Source: Mobula birostris (lineage: Eukaryota). Taken from it: 64,000 nucleotides of DNA. The notes under the pieces are model-generated. The model made no database searches. It was given only the letters and a program-made list of their open reading frames with translations, and was not told where the DNA came from. Of this stretch, positions 12,098-26,090 are shown piece by piece. Numbering within the stretch: position 1 is the stretch's first letter; every line of letters begins with the position of its first letter. The stretch lies in the NCBI RefSeq assembly GCF_030028105.1, contig NC_092399.1, positions 7,254,001 to 7,318,000 of the forward strand, written 5' to 3'. Both the position numbers and the translations under genes were made by a program.

Positions 12098-13240
12098 TAA
12101 TACCATCATTCCAAATAAACTGATTCCTAAGCTCTGGAACCTGGGCCTTAGCACTCAGATCTGCAGCTAGATCTTCAATTTCCTCAGAGACAGGACCCAG
12201 GCTGTAAAAATAGGGGACAAGCTCTCCTCTACGATCACTCTGAGCACTGGTGCCCCACAAGGCTGTGTATTCAGCCCCCTGCTGTACTCACTGTACACCC
12301 ATGATCGTGTAGCCAAGTTTCCATCAAACTCAATATATAAGTTTGCTGATGACACAACAATTGTAGGCCATATCTCGGGTAATGATGAGTTTGAGTACAG
12401 GGAGGAAATTAAGAACCTGGTGGCATAGTGCGAAGACAATAACCTATCCCTCAATGTCAGCAAGACAAAAGAGCTGGTTGTTGACTTCAGAAGGAGTAGC
12501 GGACCGCACGACCCAATTTACATCGGTGGTGCGCAACTGGAACAGGTCAAAAGCTTTAAGTTCCTTGGGGTCAATATCACAAATGACCTGACTTGGTCCA
12601 ACCATGCAGAGTCCACTGCCAAGAAGGCCCACCAGTGCCTTTACTTCCTGAGAAAACTAAAGAAATTTGGCCTGTCCCCTAAAACCCTCACTAATTTTTA
12701 TAGGTGCACCGTAGAAAGCATTCTTCTAGGGTGCATCACAACCTGGTATGGAAGTTGTCCTGTCCAAGACCGGAAAAAGCTGCAGAAGATCGTGAACATG
12801 GCACAGCACATCACAAAAACCAATCTTCCGTCTTTGGACTCACTTTACACCACACGCTGTCAGAGCAGTGCTGCCAGGATGATCAAGGACACGATCCACC
12901 CAGCCAACACACTTTTTGTCCTTCTTCCCTCCGGGAGAAGGCTCAGGAGCTTGAAGACTCGTACGGCCAGATTTGGGAACAGCTTTTTTCCAACTGTGAT
13001 AAGACTGCTGAACGGATCCTGACCCGGATCTGGGCCGTACCCTCCAAATATCCGGACCTGCATCTCATTTTTTTTTTTGCACTACCTTACTTTTCATTTT
13101 TCTATTTATGATTTATAATTTATTTTTTTAATATTTACTATCGATTTATAATCCAGGGAGCGGGAAGCACAGAATCAAATATCGCTGTGATGATTGTACG
13201 TTCTGGTATCAATTGTTTGGCGACAATAAAGTATAAAGTA
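12098..13240 (+). mobile_element. Rex/Babar LINE, 5'-truncated RT half with stop codons
   Basis: Translation includes [66 protein letters not shown]. Ends aataaagtataaagta. Confidence 0.85.
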
Positions 13241-13756
13241 TATATTTTACCAGGTGGGTATTCTTTCATTTTTCTTGAAAACCAATGTATTTTAAGGTTA
13301 GTTTTCTTTTGAGAATAAGGTGAGTGGGAATGTATTCATCCGCTCATTCGTTTTGTGTTGTGTCATATAACGTGGTCAGTCACGGTCTCTCCATGACCAT
13401 GATTGTTCTTGGCAGTATTTTCTACAGCAGTGGTTTGCCGTTGCCGCCTTCTGAGCCGTGTCTTCACAAGACGGGTGATCCCAGTCATTATCAATACTCT
13501 TCAGAGATTGCTTGGCATCAGTGATTTCAAAGCCAGGACTTGTGATATGCTCCAGCTACTCTCGTGGCTTCACATGACCCTGATTGGGGGCTAAGCACCT
13601 TGTCCAAGGGTGAGCTGCAGGCTAGTGGAAGGAAAGAGAACCTTAGACCTCCTTTGGCTTCCCCATCCCACAACCCTGAGAATGTATTAGTCTTGTAAAA
13701 CTGTTATCAGAATTGCAGATCTTAATTTGTGGTTTATTTAATTTTTTTTGAGCAAG

Positions 13757-14454
13757 TAGTTGCAAGAAAATGTTTGTGAACCCTTTGCATTTACCCGTTT
13801 TTCTGCATTAATTAGTCATAAAATAAAATGTTTTTGTTTGGGGAGCAGTGGTTTCCTCCGTGGTGTCCTTCCACAAACACCATGCTTGTTCAGTGTTTTT
13901 CTTACAGTGGACACCTGAACAGAGACTTTAGCAAGTTCTAGAGATTTCTGCAGGTCTTTTGCTGTTACCCTTGGGTTCTCTTTCACCTCTTCAGCATTGC
14001 ACGTTGTGCTCTTGGTGTGATCTTTGCACAATTTCTCTTACTGTGGACTGATGAACATTCTGATCTTCAGAAATGCTTCTGTAGCCTTTTCTGGCTCCAT
14101 GCATCTCTTCAATTCTTCTAAGGTCCCCTGGAAGTTACTTTGAGGCATGGTGCACATAAAGAGACCTTTCTTGGGAACAGCAGGCTCTGTCAGTAACCTG
14201 ACTTTATGTGTCTTTCTTATAGGGCAGGGCACCTCTCCAACCCATACCTCCAATCTCATCTCAATCACCCCAAGTAGTTTTTGTAGAAGGCATTACCCAA
14301 GAGTTCACATACTTTTTTTGAACCTAGTCTGTGATTGCTTAAATGGTGTACTCAGTATTAATGAGAAGTACAATTGTTTGTGTCCCATTTTATGAGTAAT
14401 TAATGCAGAAAACCAGGTAATTGCAAAGGGTTCACAAACTTTTTCTTGCAACTG
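13757..14454 (-). mobile_element. Internally deleted Tc1-like DNA transposon
   Basis: About 68-bp terminal inverted repeats (agttgcaagaaaa-gtttgtgaaccctttgca) at 13757-13824 and 14387-14454. Minus-strand transposase N-terminal remnant ENPRVTAKDLQKSL-STVRKTLNKHG-RRKPLL. Confidence 0.88.
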
Positions 14455-15396
14455 GAAGAATTTCCAATATGTAGCAATATGTAGAAAAGTAATTGCTTAT
14501 TGCTATGTGTACTCATCTCTAGCTGAACACCAGTTTTCAGTTGTTTACATGTAATAATTGGGACAATACTTACATTATAATCAATATCCAGAAAGAAATG
14601 CAGGACTAACAGATGCTAATTATCAGTAAAGTATTCTGAAATACGTGACAATATATTGAATATGTGACAGCAAGGATTCAATTATGTCTATTAACTTTAA
14701 ATATTTATTTAAATAAAACATTTGAAAAAATTGTATGCAAAATATTCTTTCTACAATAAAAAATATCAATATACAAAGTTATTATTTACATAGAAAAAGG
14801 TTCTAATTACAATACTGTATTCTCAGAGTAAGAATGTGCATGTAGTTCTAGGATCTCTCACCATGATGATATAGGATCCATTTTAAGTAAATAGTGGAAG
14901 TTAATCTGCTGGAGGAACTCAGCAGATCGAGCAGCATCCCTGGTGTAAAACAATTGCTGAAATGCCAACAATTCTTTTCCCTCCCTCCCTCCCTCCCTCC
15001 CACCCACCCCACATAACTGCTGTGTTCCTCCAGCACATTGTTCATTGCTCCAGTTCCCAGATTCTACAGTCTCTTGTGTCTTCAAGAATGAAATATTATA
15101 ATTGTACCTCAAATCATGCTCTATAATTCTATAAGTTTTCCTAAAAGTGTCCACGTTCATTGGTTTGTTTTGGGGAAGTTGCGAAAACAGTATGTTAACT
15201 TTGCCTGGAAAATTAGGGAGAGCTTCACCCACGGCTGTGGTCCGCCATCTGCAGACATAATGTGACAACCTGTGTTCTGAAAAAGGTGGTGCAAGGTGAA
15301 TTAGGGACACATTTTAAGGATCCTTTTGGGATTAGAAGGGATGTGGTATTTAATAATCCTTAGTCCTCCAGTAAGATGAGAAAGGAGGATTGAATC

Positions 15397-15642
15397 GGGG
15401 CAGCACGGTAACATAGTGGTTAGCACAATGCTTTACAGTACAGGTGACCCGGGTTCAATTCCCGACACTGCCTGTAAGGAATTTGCATGTTCTCCCTGTT
15501 ACTGCGTGGGTTTCCTCCGGGTGCTCCGGTTTCCTCCCACAGTCCAAAGATTTACTGGTTGGTAGGTCATTAGGCTAGGGTTAAACTTGTGGGTTCAAAG
15601 TGCTGGAAGGCTCTATTCTGCACTATATATATAGTGAAATAA
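15397..15642 (+). mobile_element. tRNA-derived V-SINE (HE1-like)
   Basis: A/B-box head (ggtaacatagtgg, gggttcaattccc) and V-domain gggtttcctccgggtgctccggtttcctcccacagtcc. Related copies at about 3945-4150(-), 21390-21672(-), 24245-24440(+), 37510-37670(+), 55627-55885(+) and 62360-62600(-). Confidence 0.8.
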
Positions 15643-17514
15643 ACAGATTCAGATTCCTTCCCAAGGAAGAAGACTGGAGAACATAACAACATAAGATGCC
15701 TTTCCTCCAAAACTAATCAGTATTAGTAATGGGACAGAAATATTGAAAACTGATTACCAGAAGCTGCAAGAATGGGACATTGGAGATCCAGCAACTGTAG
15801 GAAATTATGCACTAGTACAGAATGTATGGTAGATATAATATTGTGGAAGTGGCCTTTCCCACGGTACATGCAGTCTAATTATATAAGAAACTGGTAACAA
15901 TCAAATCAAATTGTTCAGACTGGGGACAAAGAAAGTCAGAAGGAACCATCAGGAATTTGATCCATTCTTTGGGATAAAACTAAGAAGCCACATTACCCTG
16001 GAAACCACCACTATTGTGCAAATCTATACTACTTTCAGGAACCCCAAAGTCAGTCCACACCAAGTGGTGGGGTTCACCCATCAGAAAATTATTTCGTAAA
16101 ATCTTTGGCAGGGAAAGCTGTTGGCCCCCTGCTCAAACAAAATGTCGCAAGCAAGAACAGGTAACAAGTAATTAGGTGAATAGAAGGCGTACAACTGGAA
16201 GTGACATTCTGCTTTGACTCCATCACCCGTGGGCAGGACACCCAGTGGGCGGTGGGGGGTGTGTGTGAGCGTGGTATCCAGTCAAATCAGCTATGTGATG
16301 CTGTTACAGCTCTGGGCATCAGAGCTTGGAGGTCAATTATGACATCATCTATAAGGACTTTGTACATCCTCATGGAATGCAGATTCCGCCCCCCCCCCCC
16401 CCAGGTCTTCTGGTTTCTTCCCACACTCCAAGGGTTAATTCAGTGTTTGCTGAGCGGTGCGGCTCGGAGGGCCTCTTCTACACAGTCTCTTTAAAATAAA
16501 ACAGAAGTTCACACAGTTTTGCTACTTTTGCCCTTGAGGGAAAACTCAGGGGAAATTACTCAGGTTCTTTGTGAGGCAAGTCATTCAGGTAGAATACAAC
16601 TCACAAATGCAAGGCAAAACAAAAGAGAAAAAGGAATTTGTAGACGATATAAGAAATGATCTGCAGGCTCCTCCAAAAAATGTAAGGGAGGTTGAGGAGG
16701 CGTTCTTGGAGAGCATTGTGAAAGATGTGTACTCTCACAGAGAGGCTGAGGACATGGAAATTCTGTCAATAATAAAGCTGGATTGGGGTGAGGGCCCGGG
16801 AGTTCTGACACTCTTTATTATGCAAAGGGATGAATTAAAGAGTGTGCAGTCGTATGAGCAACGGAGATAAAGGCTTAGCCTGAACTACAGAAACACAGGA
16901 GATTCTGCAGATGCTGGAAATCCACAGCAACACACAAAATGCTGGAGGATCTCAGGAACTCAAGCAGCATCTATGGAAATGAATAAACACTAGAGTTGTT
17001 CTCAAATGTCCCTATTCTGGTGTTGTACTCAATCCTCAAATAGGAAACAGGGTACCTTGAAACAAAGACCTTTATTTCCTTTGATTTTCTTTTTGCTAAC
17101 CATACTTCCTGATCTTGACAGATACTGCATGAAAACAGGTCCTTCACATCCACATTAACCATCAACTGTCCATTTTACTCAAATCCATCATTAATACTAG
17201 TCTTTATTCTCCCCACATTCTCTTTAACTGCACCCCCCTCCCCAGATCCTACACTTACCCACATTAGGGGTAATTTACTTTGACCTGCTAACCTGCATAT
17301 CTTTGGATGTGAGAGGAAACCCACAAGGTCACAGGAACGATGTGCAAATCTCCACACAGAGCATCTGAGCTCAGGACTGAAGCTGGATATCTGGTGGAGC
17401 GAGGCAGTGATTAGTAGCTCCTTGCTACATCAAACTGTTTAAAAAAAAACAGAATCTAGTATCATTATTCACAAAACTAGACTCCACTTGTAGGTGTAGA
17501 AAGCCTCTGCTGAG

Positions 17515-17719
17515 TTACTGTGCGTAGTTTCCAGGCTCTTTGGCTTTAACAAACTTTATGTCTTCTCTGTACTTCATGCTGGTCACCGGCTGTCTCCGAA
17601 GCAAGGTGTCACCTTGGTCTATCTCCTTAGGTTCGTCATACACAGTTGAAATCAGATGACTGGTCTGTCGATATGGTTTCTTCACTGGCTGAAAATTCTG
17701 AATTCTTTCTCCATGATAC
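17515..17719 (-). CDS. GPATCH3: GPATCH3 exon 7 (last coding exon)
   Basis: ctctgcag|G YHGERIQNFQPVKKPYRQTSHLISTVYDEPKEIDQGDTLLRRQPVTSMKYRED-NYAQ*, stop TAA at 17517-17515. 205 nt. Confidence 0.92.
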
Positions 17720-17774
17720 CTGCAGAGTTAAAGCAGCAAAGGAATGTCAATGAGGAAATTTAAATTAATCACAT

Positions 17775-18146
17775 ATCGTACGTTCGTTATGTGCCACGTT
17801 GTATGACGTATCTTTCCATGACCATAACTGTTCTTGGCAAATTCTTCGACAGAAGTGGTTTGCCATTGCCTTCATCTGGGCAGCGTCTTTACAAGACGGC
17901 TGACCCCTGCCATTATCAATGCTCTTCAGAGATTGTCTGCCTGGTGTCAGTGGTCACATAACCAGGACTTGGGATGTGTACCAGCTGCTCGTACGACCAT
18001 CCACCACCTGCTCCCATGGCTTCACATGACCTTGGTCGGAGGCTAAGCAGGTGCCACACCTTGCCCAAAGGTGACCTGCAGGCTAACGGAGGGAAGAAGC
18101 ACCTTGTACTTCACTTGGTAGAGAAATATCTCCACCCCACCACCCA
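17775..18146. repeat. Dispersed SINE-like repeat, probably RTE-associated
   Basis: Block ccatgaccat-gttcttggcaaat-agaagtggtttgccattgccttc-ccattatcaa-tcagagattg recurs at about 13345-13680 and 59195-59565. Confidence 0.7.
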
Positions 18147-19769
18147 AAATCATAGATAGCTAATATATAATTTCAGGTGATAGCACAGCAATATCTCTGT
18201 TGTAGATTAATATTCCATCACCACACTAAGTCAGTAAGTACAGTGGATAGCACTCTTGACAAGTCAGAAATTGAAAGGGATATCGGTGCCACTCTAGAGA
18301 TTTGAGCAAAAAAGGGACTGCACTAAGGGTGTAAGAACATAAAAGTCCTTTGTCTCTTTCACCAGCTCTGTTGAGGTAAGAACAACATCCAGCGGGCTTG
18401 CTATTTCACCTAGTGGAAGAAAAACAGAAAGTTCAACACTGCTGAAATTTAGTAGTGAATTGTCAGCGCACTGGTTTAGAAATTTTGGTTATGGTCCACA
18501 GGCTCACATTTCACAGCCACACCATTCAGCAGGCAGTGCCAAACAAAATTCTCAGCACTGGACCCAGTACTGAAAGCTGGTATAATATCCGAGTCCATTG
18601 CACTCACAAACAAGTGGGGGTGAAAAACAGAAATGTCTTCAAATACTCAGCAGTATTGGTGGATAAAGACAAAGAAACAAGAGTGTTAGATACATGAGTT
18701 ACAACCAAAGGGGAAAAACACCTGGAGTCGCTTAGCACTTTCGTGCAAGGGTGTTTATTAGGTGCATTAGAAATCAAGCTTGCAAAAATAGTGAAAAGAA
18801 AACTGCCAATATTTACAAAAAGATAACAATAAATAGCTACATATTATTTATCCAGGGTGGACTCCTGGCAACCTGATCTCTCTCTCCAACTCAGAGTGAT
18901 GAGTCCGTTTATCAGGCACCAGGAAATACCACCTTCAATTACCCACAAAGTCAACAACTGAAGACTACACATGTATAATGCACCCTACAAGGTAGTTACA
19001 ATCATATTCCAAAATAAACAGAAGTATCTACCTTAAATGCCAGCAATATTTACACATTCACACATCCCCATTACTAAGGAAATGGAATATTCTGCCATGT
19101 ATGGGGCAAAAGGTACCATAAAGCCATTGAAGTGCAAACACTCAGCTCAACAACCGCAGTATGACAAGGTAGCTAGAGTGCCTCAGAATTTTCGCACAGT
19201 ACTGTAGTAATTTTATATATTCCACTGCACTGCTGCCGCAAAAAATATCAAATTTCATGACATATGTGAGTGACAATAAACCAGATTCTGATACAGGTCT
19301 CTGTTGTGGGCTGAGAGTGGGGAGGAGGCAGGGAGAGGGGAATCATGATTGGGAAAAGGGGGAAGGGAGAGGGGAGAGAGCGGGAAATATCAGAGAGACA
19401 TTCTGTAATGATCAATAAACCGATTGTTTGGTATCAAATGATCTTGCCTGGTGTCTCAGGGCTGGGTGTGTCTGCAACAGTGCCACCACCCTCTCCTGGC
19501 ACAAATTCTCTGCCACCTGCCCCACACCTCTCCTGTGGCGCTCCGCTCTTGCCATTCCCAACATCTTTTGTTCCTGCCAGATTTACAAAGTTGCTGTCCA
19601 CTCCACGTTGACAAATACAGTACTGTACAGAAGTTCATAGGCACCACAGCTATATTTACTTATGCACAATACTGTATACAGTGAGGACATTGTCATTTAG
19701 AAGATTCTTTGCTACTAATTCTTCAGAGAAACTACCAGCTCAATACGAAAAGCCACTTGTGTTACCTAC

Positions 19770-19897
19770 CCGAATCCTCGCTTACACTTCGGATGCTGCC
19801 CGTCATTGTCCAGAGCATCAGCCAACCCAGAATTGCTACAGCCGAGGCCTTGACCGTCCCTCCATCCCTGCCGTTCCATCACCTTCCTGCCAATTCC
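19770..19897 (-). CDS. GPATCH3: GPATCH3 exon 6 (G-patch domain)
   Basis: cattcag| GIGRKVMERQGWRDGQGLGCSNSGLADALDNDGQHPKCKRGFG |gtaggt. 128 nt. Confidence 0.95.
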
Positions 19898-21068
19898 CTG
19901 AATGAGAAGTAGAAGGAACACATTGATCCACATAATCTGATGAATGGAAATGACTGAGACAAGAGAATAAACAGATTCAATAACCATGTTTGCCCCTGTC
20001 AAAGCACAGGATGCACTAAATGAAGCAGGAATCTGTGGCGAGGAGGTTCAAAGAGCCACAGCACTTTCAGCATCAACATATGACGGACTTACACAAAGGT
20101 TGAAAGGAGCTTCAATAGATGAAAAATAGCACTGTATTGTTCAAAATAAATCTATTCTCAAAGTACACATACACCACCATACACAGCCCTGAGATATATT
20201 GAGTCTGCCTGCAAGACAGTGAATCTATAGAATAATAACCATAACAGAATCAATGGAAGACCTCCCAACCTGGGTGTTCAACCAGAGGGCAGAAGACAAC
20301 AAAACTGTGCAAGTCCAAAAAGAAGAAATAATAGTAATAAATAAGCAATAAATATTGTGAACATGAGATGAAGAATCCTTGAAAGGGAGTCCATTGGTTG
20401 TACTACATACAATGGCCATAACCCAAGAGCAAGATGAAAACACCACAGCAGAACTAATGGAGCATTGCAGTTATGGAGAGACCGACAACAAAGCCACTCC
20501 ACTTCTGCTCAGGACCACACAAGAAATCACAAAACAATTTTATGAAAATTAGCAGGGAGCTTTCAAAATATTTCACCCGACATTCACTTCTCCAAACTAG
20601 TAGGATATCTCTCTCTGTCTGTGGAGTTGAGTGTAAAGTTGACAATGAGTTAAAAAGGTACATTCTTGCTATGAGGTTCGATGGTAGCCTCTTCTTCCTT
20701 TCCATACGGTGGGTATGAGAAAAACCATATTAAGAGAAATAATTATTGTAGTAGCCTAGATTCGGAGCAAATCTATGTGGTTTGTATTGTGTTTAAGGTG
20801 ACTGTACAAATTATCTTGGAAAACCACAGCTGATCATGTGGCTCATATGAACAGAGACGTGCTCTAGGCCAGGGGTTCCCGATCCGGGATTCACAGATCC
20901 CTTGTTTACTGGTATCGGTCCTTGGCCAATGGATCTTTGCTCTATTGAGAATGTAACTTAAACACCAATTCAGAATACAAGCTCAATTTAAAACACACAT
21001 TTAAACAAGAGAATCTGTTTTAACATCAAATGTTGTTTTAAGTCAACTACTGCAGGAGACTTGCTTAC

Positions 21069-21190
21069 CTTGGTGTATCGCTCGAAGCCTCCAATACGAG
21101 GGGACTGCGCAGACGCACTCTCAAGACCCTCCCTCAGCCGTTGTTCCAGCCTCATCTGCACATAATCCTGGGAATCTTTATCACCTCCAT
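21069..21190 (-). CDS. GPATCH3: GPATCH3 exon 5
   Basis: ttccacag| (D)GGDKDSQDYVQMRLEQRLREGLESASAQSPRIGGFERYTK |gtaagc. 122 nt. Confidence 0.93.
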
Positions 21191-23829
21191 CTGTGGAAAG
21201 TTCAAAAGAAATTTACTTCACCGTTGTTTCTGCAGAACTTGATCAATCAATCAACACCAAAACCTTTGAACAGCCGTAACATTTGTGAAGCACGGAATCC
21301 TTCCAGTGGCACAGTCAGTAGAGGAGCTGCCTCACAGTGCCTTTGACCTGGTTTAACCCTGACCTCAGGTGCTGTCTGTTTGTTTATTTTTGTTTATTGA
21401 GACACAGCACAGAATAGTCCCCTCCGGCCCTTCAAGCCGTGCCACCCAGCAACCCCCAATTTAACCCTAGCCTCATCATGAGACAACTTACAATGACCAA
21501 TTAACCTACCAAACAGTACCTCTCCGGGCTGCAGGAGGAACCTGGAGCACCCGAAGGAAATCCACACAGTCAGGGGAGAATGTACAAGCTTCTTAAGAGA
21601 CAGTGGCAGGAATTGAACCCATGTCGTTGGTACTGTAAAGCGTTGTGCTAACCACTACACGATCGTGCTGCGCCTCATTTTGTCCTTGGAATCACATGGA
21701 CTTCCTCCGGATGCTCTGCTTTCTCCCATATCCCGAAGATCGATGTGCAGTTTGGCTAAATGGCCACTATATATTGTCCCTAGTGTGCAGGTGAGTGAGA
21801 GAATTTGGAGGGTAGGGGGAATATAGACAGAATGAAAACTGGGATGAATATATTAGTGTAAATGGGCAGAACTCCACCATGGCTACATAAGCACAAGGGT
21901 TGGGCATGGGTCTAGCAACCCCATCCTGTAAAAAACCCAATGCTAGAGAAATGCCAACAGGAGCTCCAAAGACCTCATTCCTGGGAGAGGAAGGATCTCC
22001 GCCTACAAGATGCATAGATGGGCTACACCTGGACTTGACAGACAGACCCAAGACCAAGGGTTCTGGGGTGACAGGCTTAAGAAGTAATTTGGTGGCTAAT
22101 GGTCAGTTTGGACATAGTTGGTGAAAGAGCCAGTTTACATGTTGTATGATTCTCACTGAGTGTGTCTGAGAGATCATTACAAACTATCACCATTCATATC
22201 AAGGGGAAGTAGAAACTTACAACATTGCAAAGCACAAAACACAGACTTTGAATTTTATCCCTGAACACTGCGTGAAAGAATACAGGTCATGAACCCTGTT
22301 ATATAAGGCATTACAAGAGGTCCTAACCCCTGCTGTACAGAGAAGGAAGCACAGACCACGCAGTGTCATTCCACCACTCTTCCCTCTAAGCTGTGTGGGT
22401 GCGTGGCCGCACAATAACCGAAATGCTCCCGTGCACATAGCCTTTGTTGCCACACAGCTGGACAGACAAGTAAAAGTTTACGAAACATGAACAATTTTCT
22501 TTGCTGTACTGTATTTCATTATACCCTTCAATTAATAAATTAAAAAGTATTTGATATTTCAATTTTCATTCTAAGTATCCATAGTATACATATTACAAAA
22601 AAAACATTTAAAGTGCCACACAGTTTTCAGGGCATGTAAAATATTTCCTGTTCAGAGCAATGGTTAGCCCGTGCAGCTGTTAAAAAAAAAAAAGGGGACA
22701 TTGCATTCCAGACAAAAGGGCAGACTAGCACTAACGTCCTGTTCAAGTGGCAAGCATGCCCTACAGCTCATGCAATATGTGCAGCAAAGTTCAAAGTAAA
22801 TTTATTATCAAAGTACATATATGTCACCATATACAACTCTGAGATTCATTTTCCTGTGGGTATACTCAACAAATCTATAGAATAGTAGTTATAACAGAAT
22901 CAATGAAAGACAGCTCAACTGGTGCGTTCAACCAGACTGCAGAAGACAACTAACTATGCTCATACAAAAAGAAGAAACAATAATAATAAATAAATATCGA
23001 GGACATAAGATGAACAGTCCTTGAAGGTGAGTCCAGTGGTTGTGGGGACTTTTCAATAATGGGGCAAATGAAGTTGAGTGAAGTTATCCCTTTTAGTTCA
23101 AAAGCTGGATCTCCAGCCAGTGCCGCACTTCACATGATTAACAGCCACAGTCGTGATGTGCCATACTGGACAGGACTAGTTCCTCCAGCCCACTTAATAC
23201 CACACAATGCACACATGCGCACCAAGCAACATATTTTTTCATCCAACCATTATAGCCTGCATTGTGCACTCGAGAGAAAAACATACACCTAAAGTATGCA
23301 CCATTCTGTACACCACAGGAAATGCGGCCAATAGTCTGCATCGTATTGTACGCACAGTTCACACAGCCTTACAGCATCTCACTGCCTCTGGTAGTTTGCA
23401 CAACCTGTACTGGACTGCAGAGAACAAAGTAACTATAGACATGCAATTTAAAGCATACAGCAAATGGCAAAATTGCCAGCCACTGCATACTGCTGCAGTC
23501 CCTAAGTAACCATACATGCAGCCACTACACCTGTGTCAGTCACTAAACACCTGACAAGATGCAGTGCTCAGTAAGTCTCTGCAAGGCAGGAATTTTAGGC
23601 TCCGTTTCCACAATATCATCCTCTTAGGTTCCTTTAATTTGATCCAGTTTCCTTTTCACATTTCTGAATGTTGTGCATTTATACTCAATCCATTAACCCA
23701 GATGATAGTTCATCTAACAATTGAATCACATTCACTCTGTTGTATTTCCAAAGGTCTACAAAAGGAATCAGGCATATAAAATTCTAAGTTCCAATTACAA
23801 ATCAAACAGATGAGAGATGTAAAAATTAC

Positions 23830-23907
23830 CTTGCCTTCTTGGTTGCCCTTTGTTGTAGTATACACTCATATCGACATCCCAGTCATCTGCCGTCTCCTCA
23901 TCAAAAT
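23830..23907 (-). CDS. GPATCH3: GPATCH3 exon 4
   Basis: atttcag| (D)FDEETADDWDVDMSVYYNKGQPRRQ |gtaatt. 78 nt, phase-consistent. The donor position is the least certain part. Confidence 0.85.
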
Positions 23908-24022
23908 CTGAAATATAGAGCAAAAGTCAACCCTAAACAAACCAACCATCAATGCCTGCCCACAACATGCCCTGGTCTCAACTACTGAAGTCCTCTGATC
24001 AAAAATAACAAGCATGTCCCAC

Positions 24023-24194
24023 CTGTTTTCTCTTGCCAAAACTGTGCATCTGTATAAAACACGAGGCCAGAGCCTCCTTTCTCCCACTTCAGCTCAATTT
24101 CTTCCTCAAACAGTCGCTCCTTTGTCCGATCCTGGGTTGTAACATCGTCATACAATGCTTCATATCTCTCCCATTCCTCACACTCATCGTCATC
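24023..24194 (-). CDS. GPATCH3: GPATCH3 exon 3
   Basis: catttccag| DDDECEEWERYEALYDDVTTQDRTKERLFEEEIELKWEKGGSGLVFYTDAQFWQEKT |gtggga. 172 nt. Confidence 0.95.
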
Positions 24195-24979
24195 CTGGAA
24201 ATGAACAAAGTAATGTTACCGTTGGATGAGAACTTACATTTATATTTGTACATCCTCCCCATGGAATGTGTGGGATTTCTCCCAGTGCTCTGGTTTCCTC
24301 CCACAGTCCAAAGGTTAGTAGGTTAATTGGTCACTGTAAATTGTCCCGTGATTAGGCTAGGGTTGAACCGGGGGTTGCTGGGCGGTGCAGCTCGAAGGGT
24401 TGGAAGGGCCTATTCCGCGCTGTATCCCCCAAAATAAGATTAACTTCCTTCTCCCATCTGCATGAGATGTGGGACATTTGAGAGACCTTGAACTTTTTAC
24501 TGTTCTCATGGACTGTTCTTCATCAAGTTATGGTATTGTTGCACTGTTGTAACTATATGTTATAATTATGTGGTTTTGTTAGTTTTTTCAGTCTTGGTCT
24601 GTCCTGTGTTTTGTGATATCACACCGGAGGAAATATGGTATCATTTCTTAATGCATGCATTACTAAATGGCAATAAAAGAGGACTGCACGTCTTCATAAT
24701 CTAAAAAAACTTTCCTGTGGCTAATTACTGTTGAAATATCCCTACCAGAGAGGCTAGGGTGCGAAAATTAAGAACTACTAACAGTGCTCAGTTTCCAAGT
24801 GGCAGGCTCTGTTTGGATTCCTGCACTACAATCAGCAATGGTGATAGGTTCCTCAACTAAAGCTGAGGCAAAGGCCAAGCTCCAACTACCCCAAGGATGT
24901 CCCTTGGGGTTATCAGGGTGCAATGGTCCTCCTTCACTATGGATTCTCAACTCACTTACGACATGAAAGTGACGCTTAC

Positions 24980-25404
24980 ATCCTCAGAATGGGACTCCTC
25001 TTCCTCTTCACTTCCCTGTGGAGATTTCTCAGGCACTGCCTCTTGCAACTCCAGGAAGTGAGCAGCTGAATCTTGTTGTTGGTCCTCTGCTGCTGCTTCT
25101 GTCTCAGCCCTTCCTTCAGCCGGCACTGAGGTTGAATTCTGGTACAGGAAAGGAACATTCCCATAACGCCTATTAGAGCTTGTCTTGGGGAACTTCAAAC
25201 AGAGCTTGGTGATGATACGGGGAGGCAGACGACAAGCTTGGATCAATTCCAGGAAAACCCTCAGCGGAGTTCCCACATTCCCATTGGGCATTACTGCCGG
25301 AGGGTTTAATTCTGCCAATCTGGACAGATCTTCAGCTGTGAAAGTTTCACTCAGGGCTCTCCGACTCCGAAGCTCCTTTCTTGTTTTGTATGAAATGTCC
25401 GATT
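24980..25404 (-). CDS. GPATCH3: GPATCH3 exon 2
   Basis: ttaaacag| (E)SDISYKTRKE-LAELNPPAVMPNGNVGTPLRVFLELIQACRLPPRIITKL-EEEESHSED |gtaagc. 425 nt. Confidence 0.95.
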
Positions 25405-26090
25405 CTGTTTAACAGAGAGAGAAAAAAAACAATGAGAATACAAGAGACGATGGATGCTGGAATCTGGAGAACTGGGGGCAACTCAGTAGTTCAAGCAGTA
25501 CCCATGTCAGGAAAGAAATTATTGATGTTTCAGATTGAAACCTGCATTGGGACTCAACAATAACCTTTCACAGAAGAAATTAGAATAGCATTAAAATCCA
25601 CACATGCAAACATGCCCAGCCCCACACTCCATCACTTGTCAGCTTCCTCATCCCAATTCCAATATAACTTTTGCCTTCAGTCTTCTCTAACATTCCTGCC
25701 ATCCTACTTCTTCTTTACTTCCACTATGTTCTTCCTCTTCGCACCTTGTGCCACATCGGACAGCAATCTTGCCGTTTCCTTAGCATTTTTGTTTGCTTTT
25801 TTATGAGGCCAAGTTGCTAGCTTGATCCCAGCACAGGTGGAAAGCGTGCAAGGGGCCAGCCGCGTTCGAACCCAGGACCATTTGTCTCAAGGTCTAGTGC
25901 TGATGCCACTACACCACCAGCCAGCTGCCTTACTTCTACTATACTCTTGTTCTTCACCATCAACCCCTGCTGCCCTTCAATCTTTCACAAATGTGAAAAG
26001 AATGTGCAATGTCCTCTCTTCTTGACTCTGCCATCAGGAAGGTGGTATGGGAGCCTCAGGACCCACACCACCAGGTTCGGGAACAATTAT

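Noticed and set aside
15397-15475. Possible tRNA gene
   Set aside because: A/B boxes run directly into a SINE V-domain that recurs many times; no complete cloverleaf.
15670-16870. Purine-rich stretches and the 99-aa ORF 16571-16870 as a possible gene or L1/Tx1 remnant
   Set aside because: No recognisable motif or splice structure.
18684-19152. Possible minus-strand solo LTR (TGTTAG start, TTTATT signal, TCAACA end)
   Set aside because: No target-site duplication or second copy visible; cannot be supported.
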